Of a stretch of DNA of 64,000 nucleotides, positions 40,801 to 49,760 are shown piece by piece. The stretch is from assembly GCA_965223845.1 (NCBI GenBank), contig CBDCXR010000004.1, positions 64,001 through 128,000 on the forward strand, read 5' to 3'. Source of the DNA: Planctomycetota bacterium. GTDB lineage: Bacteria > Planctomycetota > UBA8108 > SXIK01. Made by a program: the position numbers and the translations under genes. Positions within the stretch are counted from its first letter, which is position 1. Each line of letters opens with the position of its first letter. Below the pieces are notes generated by a model, which was not told where the DNA came from, made no database searches, and was given only the letters and a program-made list of their open reading frames with translations.

Positions 40801-42190
40801 CGTCGATCGCGCCGAGCTCGTGAAGAAGTTCAAGTCGCGAACGGCGCGCGGATCCTTCAGTCCCGACGGTCGCTGGTTCGCGTTCCTCACCGGCCCGTAC
40901 TCGGATCTCTATCAGACGGACGGTTGGCGATTGGTAGGCCGACATGAGCGGAGTACCGAGGGCGATCTTCCGGGCGCCGCTTCGTTTTCGGGGGACGGCA
41001 GAGTGCTCGCGATCGCGAGCACGCGAGGACGCGTGGATCTCTACGGGACTCAACCATTCGCGGAGCTCGCACGGTTTGACGGCTCTACGGTGCGTCCGCA
41101 CGTCACGATGTGTTCGCTGAGTGCCGACCGCTCGCTTCTCGCGTACGCGACGATCGATCACCGAGTCGAGGTGTGGAATCTTCGATCGCTTCGTGAGCGA
41201 TTGCGGAGCTTGGGACTCGATTGGAGCGCGCCGTCGATCGACTCAGCCGCTCTCGATCCCGTCGAGTCGCTTCTCGTCGATTACGGCAAGGACGATGCGC
41301 TCCGTCGACCTCCTGTTCGGCCGCGAAGTGCAGAGCTCGAAGGCCAGGTTGCGGCCTACACCGAGCTCGTCGCCGCTGATCCGACGGCTGAAGTGCACCG
41401 CGGGCGAGCGGCGCTCCTCCGGAAGTTCACGCTGAACCGGGCGGCTCTCGATGATCTCGAGCGTGCCTCCACGTTCGCGCCGCAGGCGTTCGATCTGTCG
41501 CTCGAGCGCGCCGAGCTGCAAGCGAAGCTCGGCGATGGAGAGGCTGCGGCGGAAACGGCGGCGACCGCGCTCGAGCTTGTTCGCGCATATTTTGGCGGCA
41601 TTCCGGCGCATGGTGCGGCGGGGCGCAAAGAGTGGACGCGGACGTTTCTTCGCTGTGCGCGCATCATCGACTCCCACGGATCGCGGCGCGCCGCGCTCGA
41701 CGTCTACCTCGAGATCGTCCGCGAAAATGCGGGCGAGAGCGATCGATTCGAAGCCTTCGTTCGTGCGGGCGCACTCGCGGCTCTCGCAGGAACGGTCGCC
41801 GAAGCTGACGAGATGGTGGAGCGTGTTGCGGCCGAGACGGCACCGAGATTCAAAGAAGCGCCCGAGCTCAAATTCGTTCGGGCGGCACTCGATCTTCGTC
41901 GCGGGCGCTTAGCCGCTGCGGCTGCGGCGCTCGACGCCATGGGGGCGGGCGAAGCCGAGAGTCTCGGCGTTCGCGTCGAGCTCTGTCGCGCGCAAGTTGC
42001 TCTTCGCCGCGGTGACATCGACGCGTCGCGGAGGATCTATTCGGACGCCCGGACGCGGATTCACGCAAGTCCGAAGACGGAGCCGGGCGTCGGGCGCGAC
42101 ATCGACGCGCTCGTCTCCGAGCTCGAGAGCGCACTCGGCGATTCTGCGGCGACGGAATCTGAGTCCGCGGAGACGGCCGGCGGCGAGTGA
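37829..42190 (+). CDS. Ser/Thr protein kinase with TM helix, WD40 repeats and TPR-like C-terminus
   Basis: GRGGMGVVY, VALK, HRDIKPSN, DFG, GTLRYMAPE; many FSPDG repeats. Confidence 0.95.
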   Translation: MNRSPSDSRDPLDELAEEFLERLRRGEHPEIREYTERYPELAEGIEELFPTLYIMEELAPGETAERHPLLEVGPREPSRLGEYRLLREVGRGGMGVVYEAEQESLGRRVALKVLLARAFVDDTHLERFRLEARAAARLHHTNIVPVFGVGEHEGTHYYAMQFIRGQSLAEIIGEVKSLRARSRGSDGLVAAGFPPASDIAASLATGAFVVPRSEEEDAERIEPATRTTTQPVSAPGVDRSEISASSTTVLTRDGSTSTQVDPDSTYFRSVARIVMNVADALAYAHGEGVLHRDIKPSNLLLDTRGAVWMTDFGLAKSDDSDDLTQSGNVVGTLRYMAPERFRGESDARSDVYSLGVTLYELLALRPAFDASDRATLVQQIAQREPTPLRRVDPRIPRDLETIVEKAAAKEARDRYATSAELEADLRRFLSYQPISARRFTMAERGWRWCQRNPAIAVLTVLAVVLTAVLAVVSTVSAVRLGNRLAEAKLEEGRAWRQSGERGQRLRALAALTEAARRAPSREIRNEVIAAWALTDIEEIERWETEESVLHFDRFGERSARARPDQSIEVFDAKDRRRVIAKLPAIGLRVWWMGFSPDGRTLAATYHSSTTRLVLWDLATQARVLEADVYAGGLPVAFAPDGKEIVVIGPDRTASVRSFPGGELVRKFAIGERTRWLAWSPDGRDLALSGKTLEVTIYDVERGVPRLRLIHPRHTERAYWHPSLPLLAVSCFDGGAHVWDTETGERVFHLQGHSAECVDARFDHSGRFLVTSGWDGRVALWDVLSGERVLGAWGHAVAFTRDDSGIVFRIGRHRHGVWRVAKSRDFQRIHVPTLGRKSPTAVQISPDRRWVLAATGPSGIALWPADEPSRQLRIELGWSAHAVFAPSSDAFYAASSGVGVERWAIRRSSEAHEWVVGPGEALGIPGTGPISLSRDGRRLSMQDRSVAVVYELPGSRELFRRDRSMSNYAELSPDGRWIAIGNWQGEDLEIWDVDRAELVKKFKSRTARGSFSPDGRWFAFLTGPYSDLYQTDGWRLVGRHERSTEGDLPGAASFSGDGRVLAIASTRGRVDLYGTQPFAELARFDGSTVRPHVTMCSLSADRSLLAYATIDHRVEVWNLRSLRERLRSLGLDWSAPSIDSAALDPVESLLVDYGKDDALRRPPVRPRSAELEGQVAAYTELVAADPTAEVHRGRAALLRKFTLNRAALDDLERASTFAPQAFDLSLERAELQAKLGDGEAAAETAATALELVRAYFGGIPAHGAAGRKEWTRTFLRCARIIDSHGSRRAALDVYLEIVRENAGESDRFEAFVRAGALAALAGTVAEADEMVERVAAETAPRFKEAPELKFVRAALDLRRGRLAAAAAALDAMGAGEAESLGVRVELCRAQVALRRGDIDASRRIYSDARTRIHASPKTEPGVGRDIDALVSELESALGDSAATESESAETAGGE

Positions 42191-42203
42191 GCTCCGTCCC
42201 GAC

Positions 42204-43325
42204 TCAGCGCGAGACGCGAGAGCTCTCCGTCATGCGCCGGACGACCTCCCGCGGGTCGCCCGTTTGCGCGAGCAGCTCGAGCTGGCGATCGGCCGCCGTG
42301 GGTCGCTTCGTCATGTCGACGACGTGGTCGAGGTAGGGCTGACACTCGAGTCGTTCTGCCGTCGGGCGCAAGTGCTCGACCAGTCGCGTGACGACGTCGC
42401 GGGCCGGATGCGGCTCGAACGTGAACGAGTCGACGAGCCGAGCATCCATGCCGTAGCGCGCGGCGCGCCACTTGTTCTGCCGCACCATCATCGGGTGGCA
42501 GTCGTGCTGGTACGTGCCCGCGTCGATCTCCTCGGAGAGCGCTCGCACGAGCGAGTGAACGAGGGCTGCGATTCCGAGCGCGTCGTCGAGACTTCCGGGT
42601 GTATCGCAGACGCGCACCTCGACGGTCCCGAAGTTGTGGTGCGGTCGTACGTCCCACCAGATTTCGCGGATCGTGTTGATGAATCCCGTATCGATCAGAT
42701 GGTGAATCAGCCAGACGTACTCGCTCCAGTTCCGCATCAGAGTCGGCAGGCCGGCCGTCGGTAGTGCCTCCATGATCTTCGATCGATGGGACCGGAGACC
42801 GGTGACGCGGTTGTTCCACCACGGACTGTTGCAGCTCAGGGCGAGAAGAGTGGGGAGATGACGCATGATGCGGTCGCAGATCATAATCGCCTTGTCGCCC
42901 GAGCCGAGGCCGACGTGGACGTGGAGGCCGAAGGTCACGAGCTGGCGCCCCGTGTCCTGAAGGATTTGGAGCAGCCGCTCGTAGCGTTCGCTCGGGGTCA
43001 TCTCCTGATCTTCCCAGAGCGAAAACGGATGCGTCCCCGTCCAGTAGAGCCGCAGTCCGAGGTCGTCGGTGATGCTCTCGACGAGCTCGATCTGAGTGCG
43101 AAGATCGGCTTCGGCCTCGGCGACGCTTTCGCAGACGCCGGTGTTGATCTCGAGATAGCACTGCATCAACTCGGGCTTGATGCTCTTCTCGTATCTCTTC
43201 GGAATCTTCCCGAGCACGTCCGCGATCGAGTTCGAAAGCGCCATGGATTGTCCGTCGACGAGCGCGAGCTCGAGCTCGACTCCGAGCGTGGGGCGCGGGC
43301 TCGCATCGAAACGAATCTTGTCCAT
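42204..43325 (-). CDS. ybdK: YbdK-family carboxylate-amine ligase (GCS2)
   Basis: TLGVELEL, GTHPF, FGLHVHVG, LLALSCNSPW, WWDVRP..FGTVEVRVCD. Confidence 0.9.
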   Translation of the reverse strand: MDKIRFDASPRPTLGVELELALVDGQSMALSNSIADVLGKIPKRYEKSIKPELMQCYLEINTGVCESVAEAEADLRTQIELVESITDDLGLRLYWTGTHPFSLWEDQEMTPSERYERLLQILQDTGRQLVTFGLHVHVGLGSGDKAIMICDRIMRHLPTLLALSCNSPWWNNRVTGLRSHRSKIMEALPTAGLPTLMRNWSEYVWLIHHLIDTGFINTIREIWWDVRPHHNFGTVEVRVCDTPGSLDDALGIAALVHSLVRALSEEIDAGTYQHDCHPMMVRQNKWRAARYGMDARLVDSFTFEPHPARDVVTRLVEHLRPTAERLECQPYLDHVVDMTKRPTAADRQLELLAQTGDPREVVRRMTESSRVSR

Positions 43326-43348
43326 TTGCCGACCTCGGTTTCGTCTGT

Positions 43349-44572
43349 CTAGCGATGTTCTTGTCGATCGGGGTCGCACCACCCGACGATCGCGCGTGCG
43401 AGGATCTTGGCGCCAAGGGCGAGCGATGACTCCTCGACGTCGAAGTGCGGGGAATGGAGCGAAGGCCCCGGCTCGAGACCGCGGCTGCAGCCGAGACGGA
43501 ACATGCATCCCGGAACGTGTTCGAGATACACCGCAAAATCTTCGCTGCCCATGCTCGGTCGCGCAATCTCGACGACGCGATCCGGCGCGACGAGATCGAG
43601 AGCGGTCTCTCGGACGAGTGCGGTCAGCGAGCGGTCGTTGACGACTCCGGGCGCGCTCGCGGCGAACGCCAGCTCGATGGTCGTTCCCGACGTCTCCGCG
43701 ATCCCGCGGACGAGCGTTCGGAGGTGTGCGATCGTTTGCTCGCGAACCGGTCCGCCGAGTGTTCGGAGCGTTCCATGGAGTACCACCTCCTCGGGAATGA
43801 CATTGGCGTTGTGGCCGCCCTCGATCTTCCCGATCGTCACGACGACCGGCTCGTGGCTGTCGATCGCCCGCGGAACGAACAAATAGATCGAACCGATGAG
43901 CTGCGCGGCGGCCGCGATGGGGTCGATCGACTCGTGTGGCCGCGCCGCGTGCCCGCCCCGCCCTGCGACCCGGATTTCCATCTCATCGCAGGCGGCGGTG
44001 AAGACGCCCGTACGGACTCCCACGCTTCCGGCGGGGAGCGAAGGGTCCATGTGAAGGGACAGGATCGCATCGACGCCCTCGAGCGCGTTGCGACTGACCA
44101 TCTCGGACGCGCCGGTCGCCGTTTCTTCGGACGGCTGGAACACCGCTCGCCACGCGACCGGCCAAGGAAATGCCCCCTCCTGCCCGAGTTCGGCGAGGCC
44201 GGCGACGGCGATGAGGAGAGTCGCCGCATGAGCATCGTGCCCGCAGGCGTGCATGACTCCGTCGGACTGACTCCGATAGGGCACGTCCTTCGCGTCTTGA
44301 ATTCGTAGTGCGTCGATGTCCGCGCGAGCGGCGATGCGCGGACCGCGAGGTGATGAGGCGGGGTCGACGATGAGGCCGGTCGCACCGTCGACGGTCTGAA
44401 CGTCGACACCCGGGAGCTCGGCGAGGTGACGACGAAGGAACTCCGTCGTCTCGAACTCCGCGCCGCTCGGCTCGGGATGCGAATGCAGGTGACGGCGGAT
44501 CTCGATCGCGAGCGGAGAGAGCCGCTCGATCGTTCGATCGAGCGCAGCTTCCCACGAGTTGGATGCCTTCAA
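43349..44572 (-). CDS. M20D amidohydrolase
   Basis: RRHLHSHPE, RADIDAL, MHACGHDAH, FQPSEE, GGHAARPH, SEDF. Confidence 0.93.
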   Translation of the reverse strand: MKASNSWEAALDRTIERLSPLAIEIRRHLHSHPEPSGAEFETTEFLRRHLAELPGVDVQTVDGATGLIVDPASSPRGPRIAARADIDALRIQDAKDVPYRSQSDGVMHACGHDAHAATLLIAVAGLAELGQEGAFPWPVAWRAVFQPSEETATGASEMVSRNALEGVDAILSLHMDPSLPAGSVGVRTGVFTAACDEMEIRVAGRGGHAARPHESIDPIAAAAQLIGSIYLFVPRAIDSHEPVVVTIGKIEGGHNANVIPEEVVLHGTLRTLGGPVREQTIAHLRTLVRGIAETSGTTIELAFAASAPGVVNDRSLTALVRETALDLVAPDRVVEIARPSMGSEDFAVYLEHVPGCMFRLGCSRGLEPGPSLHSPHFDVEESSLALGAKILARAIVGWCDPDRQEHR

Positions 44573-44766
44573 GCGGGCTTACCTCTGTGCGTCGGAGCGG
44601 GTTCGGACTCGCCCGCGAAGGTCGGCGAGCCGAGCGGCAGAGTCGAATCTCGGATCGCCGGGGCGAGGTCCGGACCGAGCGGCGCTTCGTTCGCGCCGCG
44701 CTGACTGCGATTTTCGCCGACTTCCGCCGAGTTCACCAGCCGGCGACTTCGCCTCGTCCGCTTCGA

Positions 44767-45111
44767 TCAGCTCTTCGACTCCCGCTCCTTCGCGCATCCG
44801 ATGCAGATCGTCGCCTGCGGGAGAGCTTCGAGGCGCGCGGCGGAGATCCCTTCACCACACTCGGAGCACACGCCGTACGTGCCGTCATCGATGCGTGCGA
44901 GCGCCGCTCGGATCGCAGTCGCTTGCTGCTCTTCTTCGGCACTCAAGCCGTCGAGTACCTCGTCGTTCTGGCGCACCGATGCTTGCTCTTCCCAGTCCTC
45001 CTCGAGCGCGTTGTTGTCGCGCCGGCGGTCGCGCTCGATCTTCTCGAGGCGTCGCTCGATCGCGTGGAGATGGGTTTCGAGTCGCTCGCGCACATCGCTC
45101 CAGTCGGTCAT
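44767..45111 (-). CDS. TraR/DksA-family C4 zinc-finger protein
   Basis: AALARIDDGTYGVCSECGEGI..RLEALP..CIGC. Confidence 0.9.
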   Translation of the reverse strand: MTDWSDVRERLETHLHAIERRLEKIERDRRRDNNALEEDWEEQASVRQNDEVLDGLSAEEEQQATAIRAALARIDDGTYGVCSECGEGISAARLEALPQATICIGCAKERESKS

Positions 45112-45137
45112 CGTCGAGATTCCTTTCTGTTCCTCGT

Positions 45138-45608
45138 TCAGCCTTCGGATTCCGTGGCGCGGAGACCGAAGAGATCGTCGGCGGGGCAGTCGCGGTGGCA
45201 GGAGCTGCAAGCTTGGCTGAGCTCACGCAGCGCGGTTCGGGCGGCAGCGCTGTCCGAACGGTCCACCGCTGCGAGGACGTCGTCGCTTCCGCGGCGAAGC
45301 ATCGTCGACGTCGCAGCCACCCAAGCATCGTCGTTCTCGGGCGGGTCGCGCATGAGGAGGTAGCTCGCCTCGTGGAGAAGCGCGGCGCTCATCGCAACGT
45401 CGCTCCACTCTTCGGGAGTCGCTGGATCGACCGTGAGCTTCGCCTTCAAGTTGTCGAAGTGAACCGACACGAGTCCGCGCATCAGGTACTGGGGAGGGAC
45501 GGCCGGTCGCGCCGCTTCCTCCTCGAAGTTCACCTTCCGGCCCGATTGGCTCGGCGCGCAGCCGGCGAGGACCGCGCCTACGATCGCGACGCGTGCGAGT
45601 GTTTTCAT
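45138..45608 (-). CDS. Class II (c'-type) cytochrome c lipoprotein
   Basis: LAGC lipobox, helical body, C-terminal ACSSCH heme motif. Confidence 0.75.
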   Translation of the reverse strand: MKTLARVAIVGAVLAGCAPSQSGRKVNFEEEAARPAVPPQYLMRGLVSVHFDNLKAKLTVDPATPEEWSDVAMSAALLHEASYLLMRDPPENDDAWVAATSTMLRRGSDDVLAAVDRSDSAAARTALRELSQACSSCHRDCPADDLFGLRATESEG

Positions 45609-45944
45609 TTGGTCTACCTCGAATTGGTCCCTCGCAGCGTGTTTCTGCTACCCCTTCGGGCACGGGTTCCGCCCACGATCTGACGGTGCGCGACACGCCG
45701 TTCGAGATTCTCTTCTAACGTTGTATCGGCGAGATAAGCAACACGCTCGCCATTTGCAGGGGAGCGCGAAAGATCACGCGTTTCGCGACCAGGCAGCGGC
45801 AAAGCGCGGAAAATTCCGGTATATCGGCGAGAATTCTCCCACCGCTTTCGGTCGCTCGGGCCTCTCGAGTCCCGGAGTTCGCCCGGCCGATTCGAAGGGT
45901 GGGTGAGTCGGTCGATTCCTCTCGACGGAAAGGTTCGTTCGCGC

Positions 45945-47252
45945 ATGCCGCGCCCCCGCGTTCTTCAGATCCTCTCTCAAAGACCTTCGCTGACCGGCAG
46001 CGGAGTCACGCTCGACGCCCTCGCGCGCGCCGCGTCGCGGCGCGGCTGGGAGCAGCGTGTGATCGTCGGGGTACCGGCGGGGGAGTCGCGGCCGCGCGTT
46101 GCGGACCTACCGCCGGAGTCGATCCACGCGGTGAAGTTCGACGCCGAGGGCGGCGCAGGCCCAGGGGCGGATCTCCCGTTCGCCGTCCCCGGGATGAGCG
46201 ACGCGATGCCGTACGTCAGCACGCGGTTTCGCGATCTCTCACCGCCCGACATCGAACGCTACGAGTCGTGTTGGCGAGAAGCGATCCGCGCCGCCGTACG
46301 CACGTTCGAACCGGACGTGGTCCATGCCCATCACGCCTGGGTCGTGAGCTCTCTAGCCGCCGCGGAAATCGACTCCGCGCCGGTGATCGTTCATCTTCAC
46401 GGTACGGGGCTCCGACAGTTGCGAACACTGCCGGAGTGGTTCGGGCGGATCCACCCCGGACTCGCCCGCGTTCGCCGGTTCGTCGCCTTGACGCGCACGC
46501 AGGTGGACGACTACGCCGAAGCACTGCAGCTCCCGGCCGATCGATTTGCGGTCGTCGGCGCCGGTTACCGCGAGGATCTCTTCCATTCAGGCGAGAAGCC
46601 GCAATCGCCGCGGGGCGCAACGATCCTCTTCGCCGGCAAGCTGAGCGACGCGAAGGGGCTCGGCCCGCTTCTCGACGCCGTCGAGCTGCTGGTCACCGCG
46701 GGGCGGGACGTGGAGCTTCGCGTTGCGGGAGACGGCGCTGGAGTGGAGGCCGAGCGACTGTCCGCTCGCATCGAAGCCCTCTCGCCGCACGCCCGGCGGC
46801 TCGGCCGCCTCTCGCAAGCCGAGCTCGCGCGTGAAATGCGCCGGAGCGCCGTGTTCGTACTGCCGTCGCTCTACGAGGGGCTTCCGCTCGTCCTCATCGA
46901 GGCGCTCGCGAGCGGCTGCCGCCTCGTGAGCACCTCGCTCCCCGGAATCGTCGAGGGCATCGCACCGGTTGTCGGCGACGCGCTCGAGCTCGTTCCTCTG
47001 CCTCCCCTCGCCGGAGTCGACCAGCTCGCCGAGCGCGATCGTCCGGCATTTGCGGCGAATCTTTCTCGCGCGCTCGAACGAACTCTCGACCGAGGTGGTT
47101 TCGACGACGCGGCGGCTCTCGTCGACCGGCTCGAGCCGTTTACGTGGGACGCCGTGTTCGAGCGCGTCGAATCCGTCTGGAAGTGCTCGGCTGCTCTCCC
47201 GGATGAGACTCACACAAAGAGCGTGAACGAACAGGACGAAGAGAGCGATTGA
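45945..47252 (+). CDS. GT4 family glycosyltransferase
   Basis: TGSG, PDVVHAHH, FAGKLSDAKG, FVLPSLYEGLPLVLIEA. Confidence 0.9.
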   Translation: MPRPRVLQILSQRPSLTGSGVTLDALARAASRRGWEQRVIVGVPAGESRPRVADLPPESIHAVKFDAEGGAGPGADLPFAVPGMSDAMPYVSTRFRDLSPPDIERYESCWREAIRAAVRTFEPDVVHAHHAWVVSSLAAAEIDSAPVIVHLHGTGLRQLRTLPEWFGRIHPGLARVRRFVALTRTQVDDYAEALQLPADRFAVVGAGYREDLFHSGEKPQSPRGATILFAGKLSDAKGLGPLLDAVELLVTAGRDVELRVAGDGAGVEAERLSARIEALSPHARRLGRLSQAELAREMRRSAVFVLPSLYEGLPLVLIEALASGCRLVSTSLPGIVEGIAPVVGDALELVPLPPLAGVDQLAERDRPAFAANLSRALERTLDRGGFDDAAALVDRLEPFTWDAVFERVESVWKCSAALPDETHTKSVNEQDEESD

Positions 47253-47283
47253 GGTGCGAGCGCTCGGACCGGATCGATCGCCT

Positions 47284-49371
47284 TCAGACGTTCGCGGGCG
47301 TCATTCCGAGCGGGCTCAATCCCGCGCGCGTCTCCACTGCTTCGGCGGCGCGGGCCGCGGAGCCGATCAGGCGCTGGTGGAGGGCGATGATTCCTTCGAT
47401 CGTGCGCGTGAGCTGGGCGATCGCTTCGTCGACCGGAATCTGGGTGAGCGGCTGCGGCGCGAAGATTTCGTCGCCCACGGACGAGCTCCTTCGGGAGGTT
47501 GGAAACGGCCATGGGGCATCGCCGAGCCGCGATTTCAGGTGGTTGAAATCCCGGCTCGCGGCGTTCAGCCGAGACTCGAACGCTGTTTCGTATTTCGCCT
47601 TCCCCTTGCCGTCGAAGCGGCGCCGGTGCATCACCGCTAGAGCGAGGTGGTTTTCGTAGAGCGAGAGGAACTCGTTCCACGCGGCCTCGAGGCGGTCGAG
47701 CGTACGACCGTAGAGGTTGAGCTCCCGTGAATCGATCGGCGCGTCCGATTTCCGGGACGTCTCTTCCTCCGTGCACGCGATTTCGAGTGCGATCGCCCAG
47801 CGTTCCTCGAGGAGCGCGCGGAGCGGATCGAGCTCGCGTCGCGCGACTCGCGCGCGCTCGAGGATCTGCCCTTCGAGCTGCGAGACGTTTCCTTCGCGGA
47901 CGCCCCGGAAGCCGAACTCCCCATCGATGAGGTCGAGGCCGGAGGTGACGATCGCACCGGCGCGGACCGCATCGCAGAACTGCTCCTGCGCGGCTCGGAG
48001 GCGAGCGGTCGCCTCTCCGTGTCGTTCGAGCTCCGCGTCGAGACGGCACCGGACTTGCCGGAGGTCGTCGAGCGTAGCGTCGATGATGCCGGCATCGGAC
48101 TGGCCGGTTCCGGACGGCCAGAAGAATGGGTAGACGATGTCTTCGAACTCCGCGAAATAGCGCGTTCGGCACTCCGCGTCGAGATCGGGTTCCTCGGCCG
48201 GCTCGTCGCGAACGAGATCCCTCGACTCGATCGACGCGTCGATCGAATCGTGATAGAACGCGAGCGTCGTCTCTCGTGCGAGCGCATCGAAGTCGGTAAA
48301 GAGCGCAGCCGCCGGGCCGTCGACGCGGATCGCTCCCCGTCCGCGCTCGCCCGGAGCGGCGACTCGACGTCGCAGCTCGTCCGCGGTCTCGGGAGGTATG
48401 AGATCGCGATGCGCGGAGACCCACTCGGGAAAGCTCTCCCAGAGGTTGTCCGCGGAGTGAGCCGCGGCGAGGGCGTCGGTCGCGCGTTCCCGTGCGCACG
48501 CGAGGACTTCGAGGCGCGCTCGCGCGCGGTGAACGACGTGCCCCCCGACGAGGCGAACCGCGAATCGGTCGGCGATTTGCGTCCGGCTGCACTCGATCTT
48601 CGCGTCGCCACGCCGGGCGAGGAGGAGGAGCGTTCGGACGATGCGGCGACGCAGCCAGCGGTACGGTCCGAGGAGTCGGGCCCCGGCTCGCCCCGGCTCG
48701 TTTTCGGCGATGCGCTCGAGCCACTCGCGAGCGGCTCGGGCGGCCCGGGCCGACCGCGGACTCGTGTCGGGCGCGGCGCGTCGAATCTCGTGCGCGAGGG
48801 CTCCGACGAGCTCGAGCGCGTCGAGCTCTGCGACGGCCGGGGCTCCGATCGTGAGAAGCACACCGGGAGGGTCTCTGTCTGCGCTGACGTTGTCGGAGCT
48901 GTCGATGCGCACGCGATAAGGACCGCGCGCGCCGGTGAGCCTCGCGAGTCTTCCGACCGCGGTGTAGAGCCCAGGTTCGCGCTCGGGCTCGAGCGTGATG
49001 CCCGAACGCGGGTGCGTCTCACCGCGACGACGCCGAACTAGTGGTCGCGCGAGCACGGCGAAGAGGGGAGCGCCGGCGATGAGAATCGAGAGATCGATCG
49101 CGGCGCGCACGACAGTCTGCTTTGCCGCAGCTCCGCCGGTGATTCCTGCGCGGAGCCGGGGGAGGCTTTCGTACGTGTACCAGCCGAGCCCGGCGCCGAT
49201 CGCCATCACGAGCACCACGTAGACGACGGGAAGCGCAACCGTCCCGACCGCGGTGAGCCGCGTCGCCGCTCGCGCGCCGAGGCCGACGGGGGTGCGCTCC
49301 GGCGCGCCGTCGAGCGCGTCGAGGAGCTCCGTCCGGCGCCGATCTTGATCGGTGGGCTCGAGTTCCGACAT
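47284..49371 (-). CDS. M48-peptidase-like membrane protein with degenerate zinc motif
   Basis: Two N-terminal TMs, EPGLY..V, ELVGALAHEIRR (second His absent), QIADRFA. Confidence 0.55.
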   Translation of the reverse strand: MSELEPTDQDRRRTELLDALDGAPERTPVGLGARAATRLTAVGTVALPVVYVVLVMAIGAGLGWYTYESLPRLRAGITGGAAAKQTVVRAAIDLSILIAGAPLFAVLARPLVRRRRGETHPRSGITLEPEREPGLYTAVGRLARLTGARGPYRVRIDSSDNVSADRDPPGVLLTIGAPAVAELDALELVGALAHEIRRAAPDTSPRSARAARAAREWLERIAENEPGRAGARLLGPYRWLRRRIVRTLLLLARRGDAKIECSRTQIADRFAVRLVGGHVVHRARARLEVLACARERATDALAAAHSADNLWESFPEWVSAHRDLIPPETADELRRRVAAPGERGRGAIRVDGPAAALFTDFDALARETTLAFYHDSIDASIESRDLVRDEPAEEPDLDAECRTRYFAEFEDIVYPFFWPSGTGQSDAGIIDATLDDLRQVRCRLDAELERHGEATARLRAAQEQFCDAVRAGAIVTSGLDLIDGEFGFRGVREGNVSQLEGQILERARVARRELDPLRALLEERWAIALEIACTEEETSRKSDAPIDSRELNLYGRTLDRLEAAWNEFLSLYENHLALAVMHRRRFDGKGKAKYETAFESRLNAASRDFNHLKSRLGDAPWPFPTSRRSSSVGDEIFAPQPLTQIPVDEAIAQLTRTIEGIIALHQRLIGSAARAAEAVETRAGLSPLGMTPANV

Positions 49372-49697
49372 GCGGGGAGGGCAGCCTCGGGGAACGCGGT
49401 GTGGGGCCCGGATTCCTCATGGAAGCCGAGTGAGTGAACCCGGTGTTCGACCCGGTGCCGGCGCCGGATCCGGCCGCGTCGCGACGCGGCCGGCCCGGTC
49501 GAGAACACCGAGTCCAGGATAGAGAAGCGTAGGCTGATTTCGCTCGCCCGACAACTCGAGCGCACCGTCGCGCGCGCCTCGTAAATGGTCTGTAAGAGTT
49601 GTATTTGATTTAGTTTATGGAGTTCCCCCTCCCGCGCGGGCCACGAAATCGGCCGGAGAAACCGTCTTGCCTCGCAGGGCGAAGAGGGTTACCGTAA

Positions 49698-49713
49698 GCG
49701 AACAGGTGTTCGC
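49698..49713. promoter_or_regulatory. Putative LexA (SOS) box, GAAC-N4-GTTC
   Basis: Palindrome GCGAAC-AGGT-GTTCGC about 50 bp upstream of the imuA-like gene. Confidence 0.7.
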
Positions 49714-49760
49714 CCTTCGGGGATTTGGCGAGAGCCGTGGGCTTGTGAATTCACGGCGAG

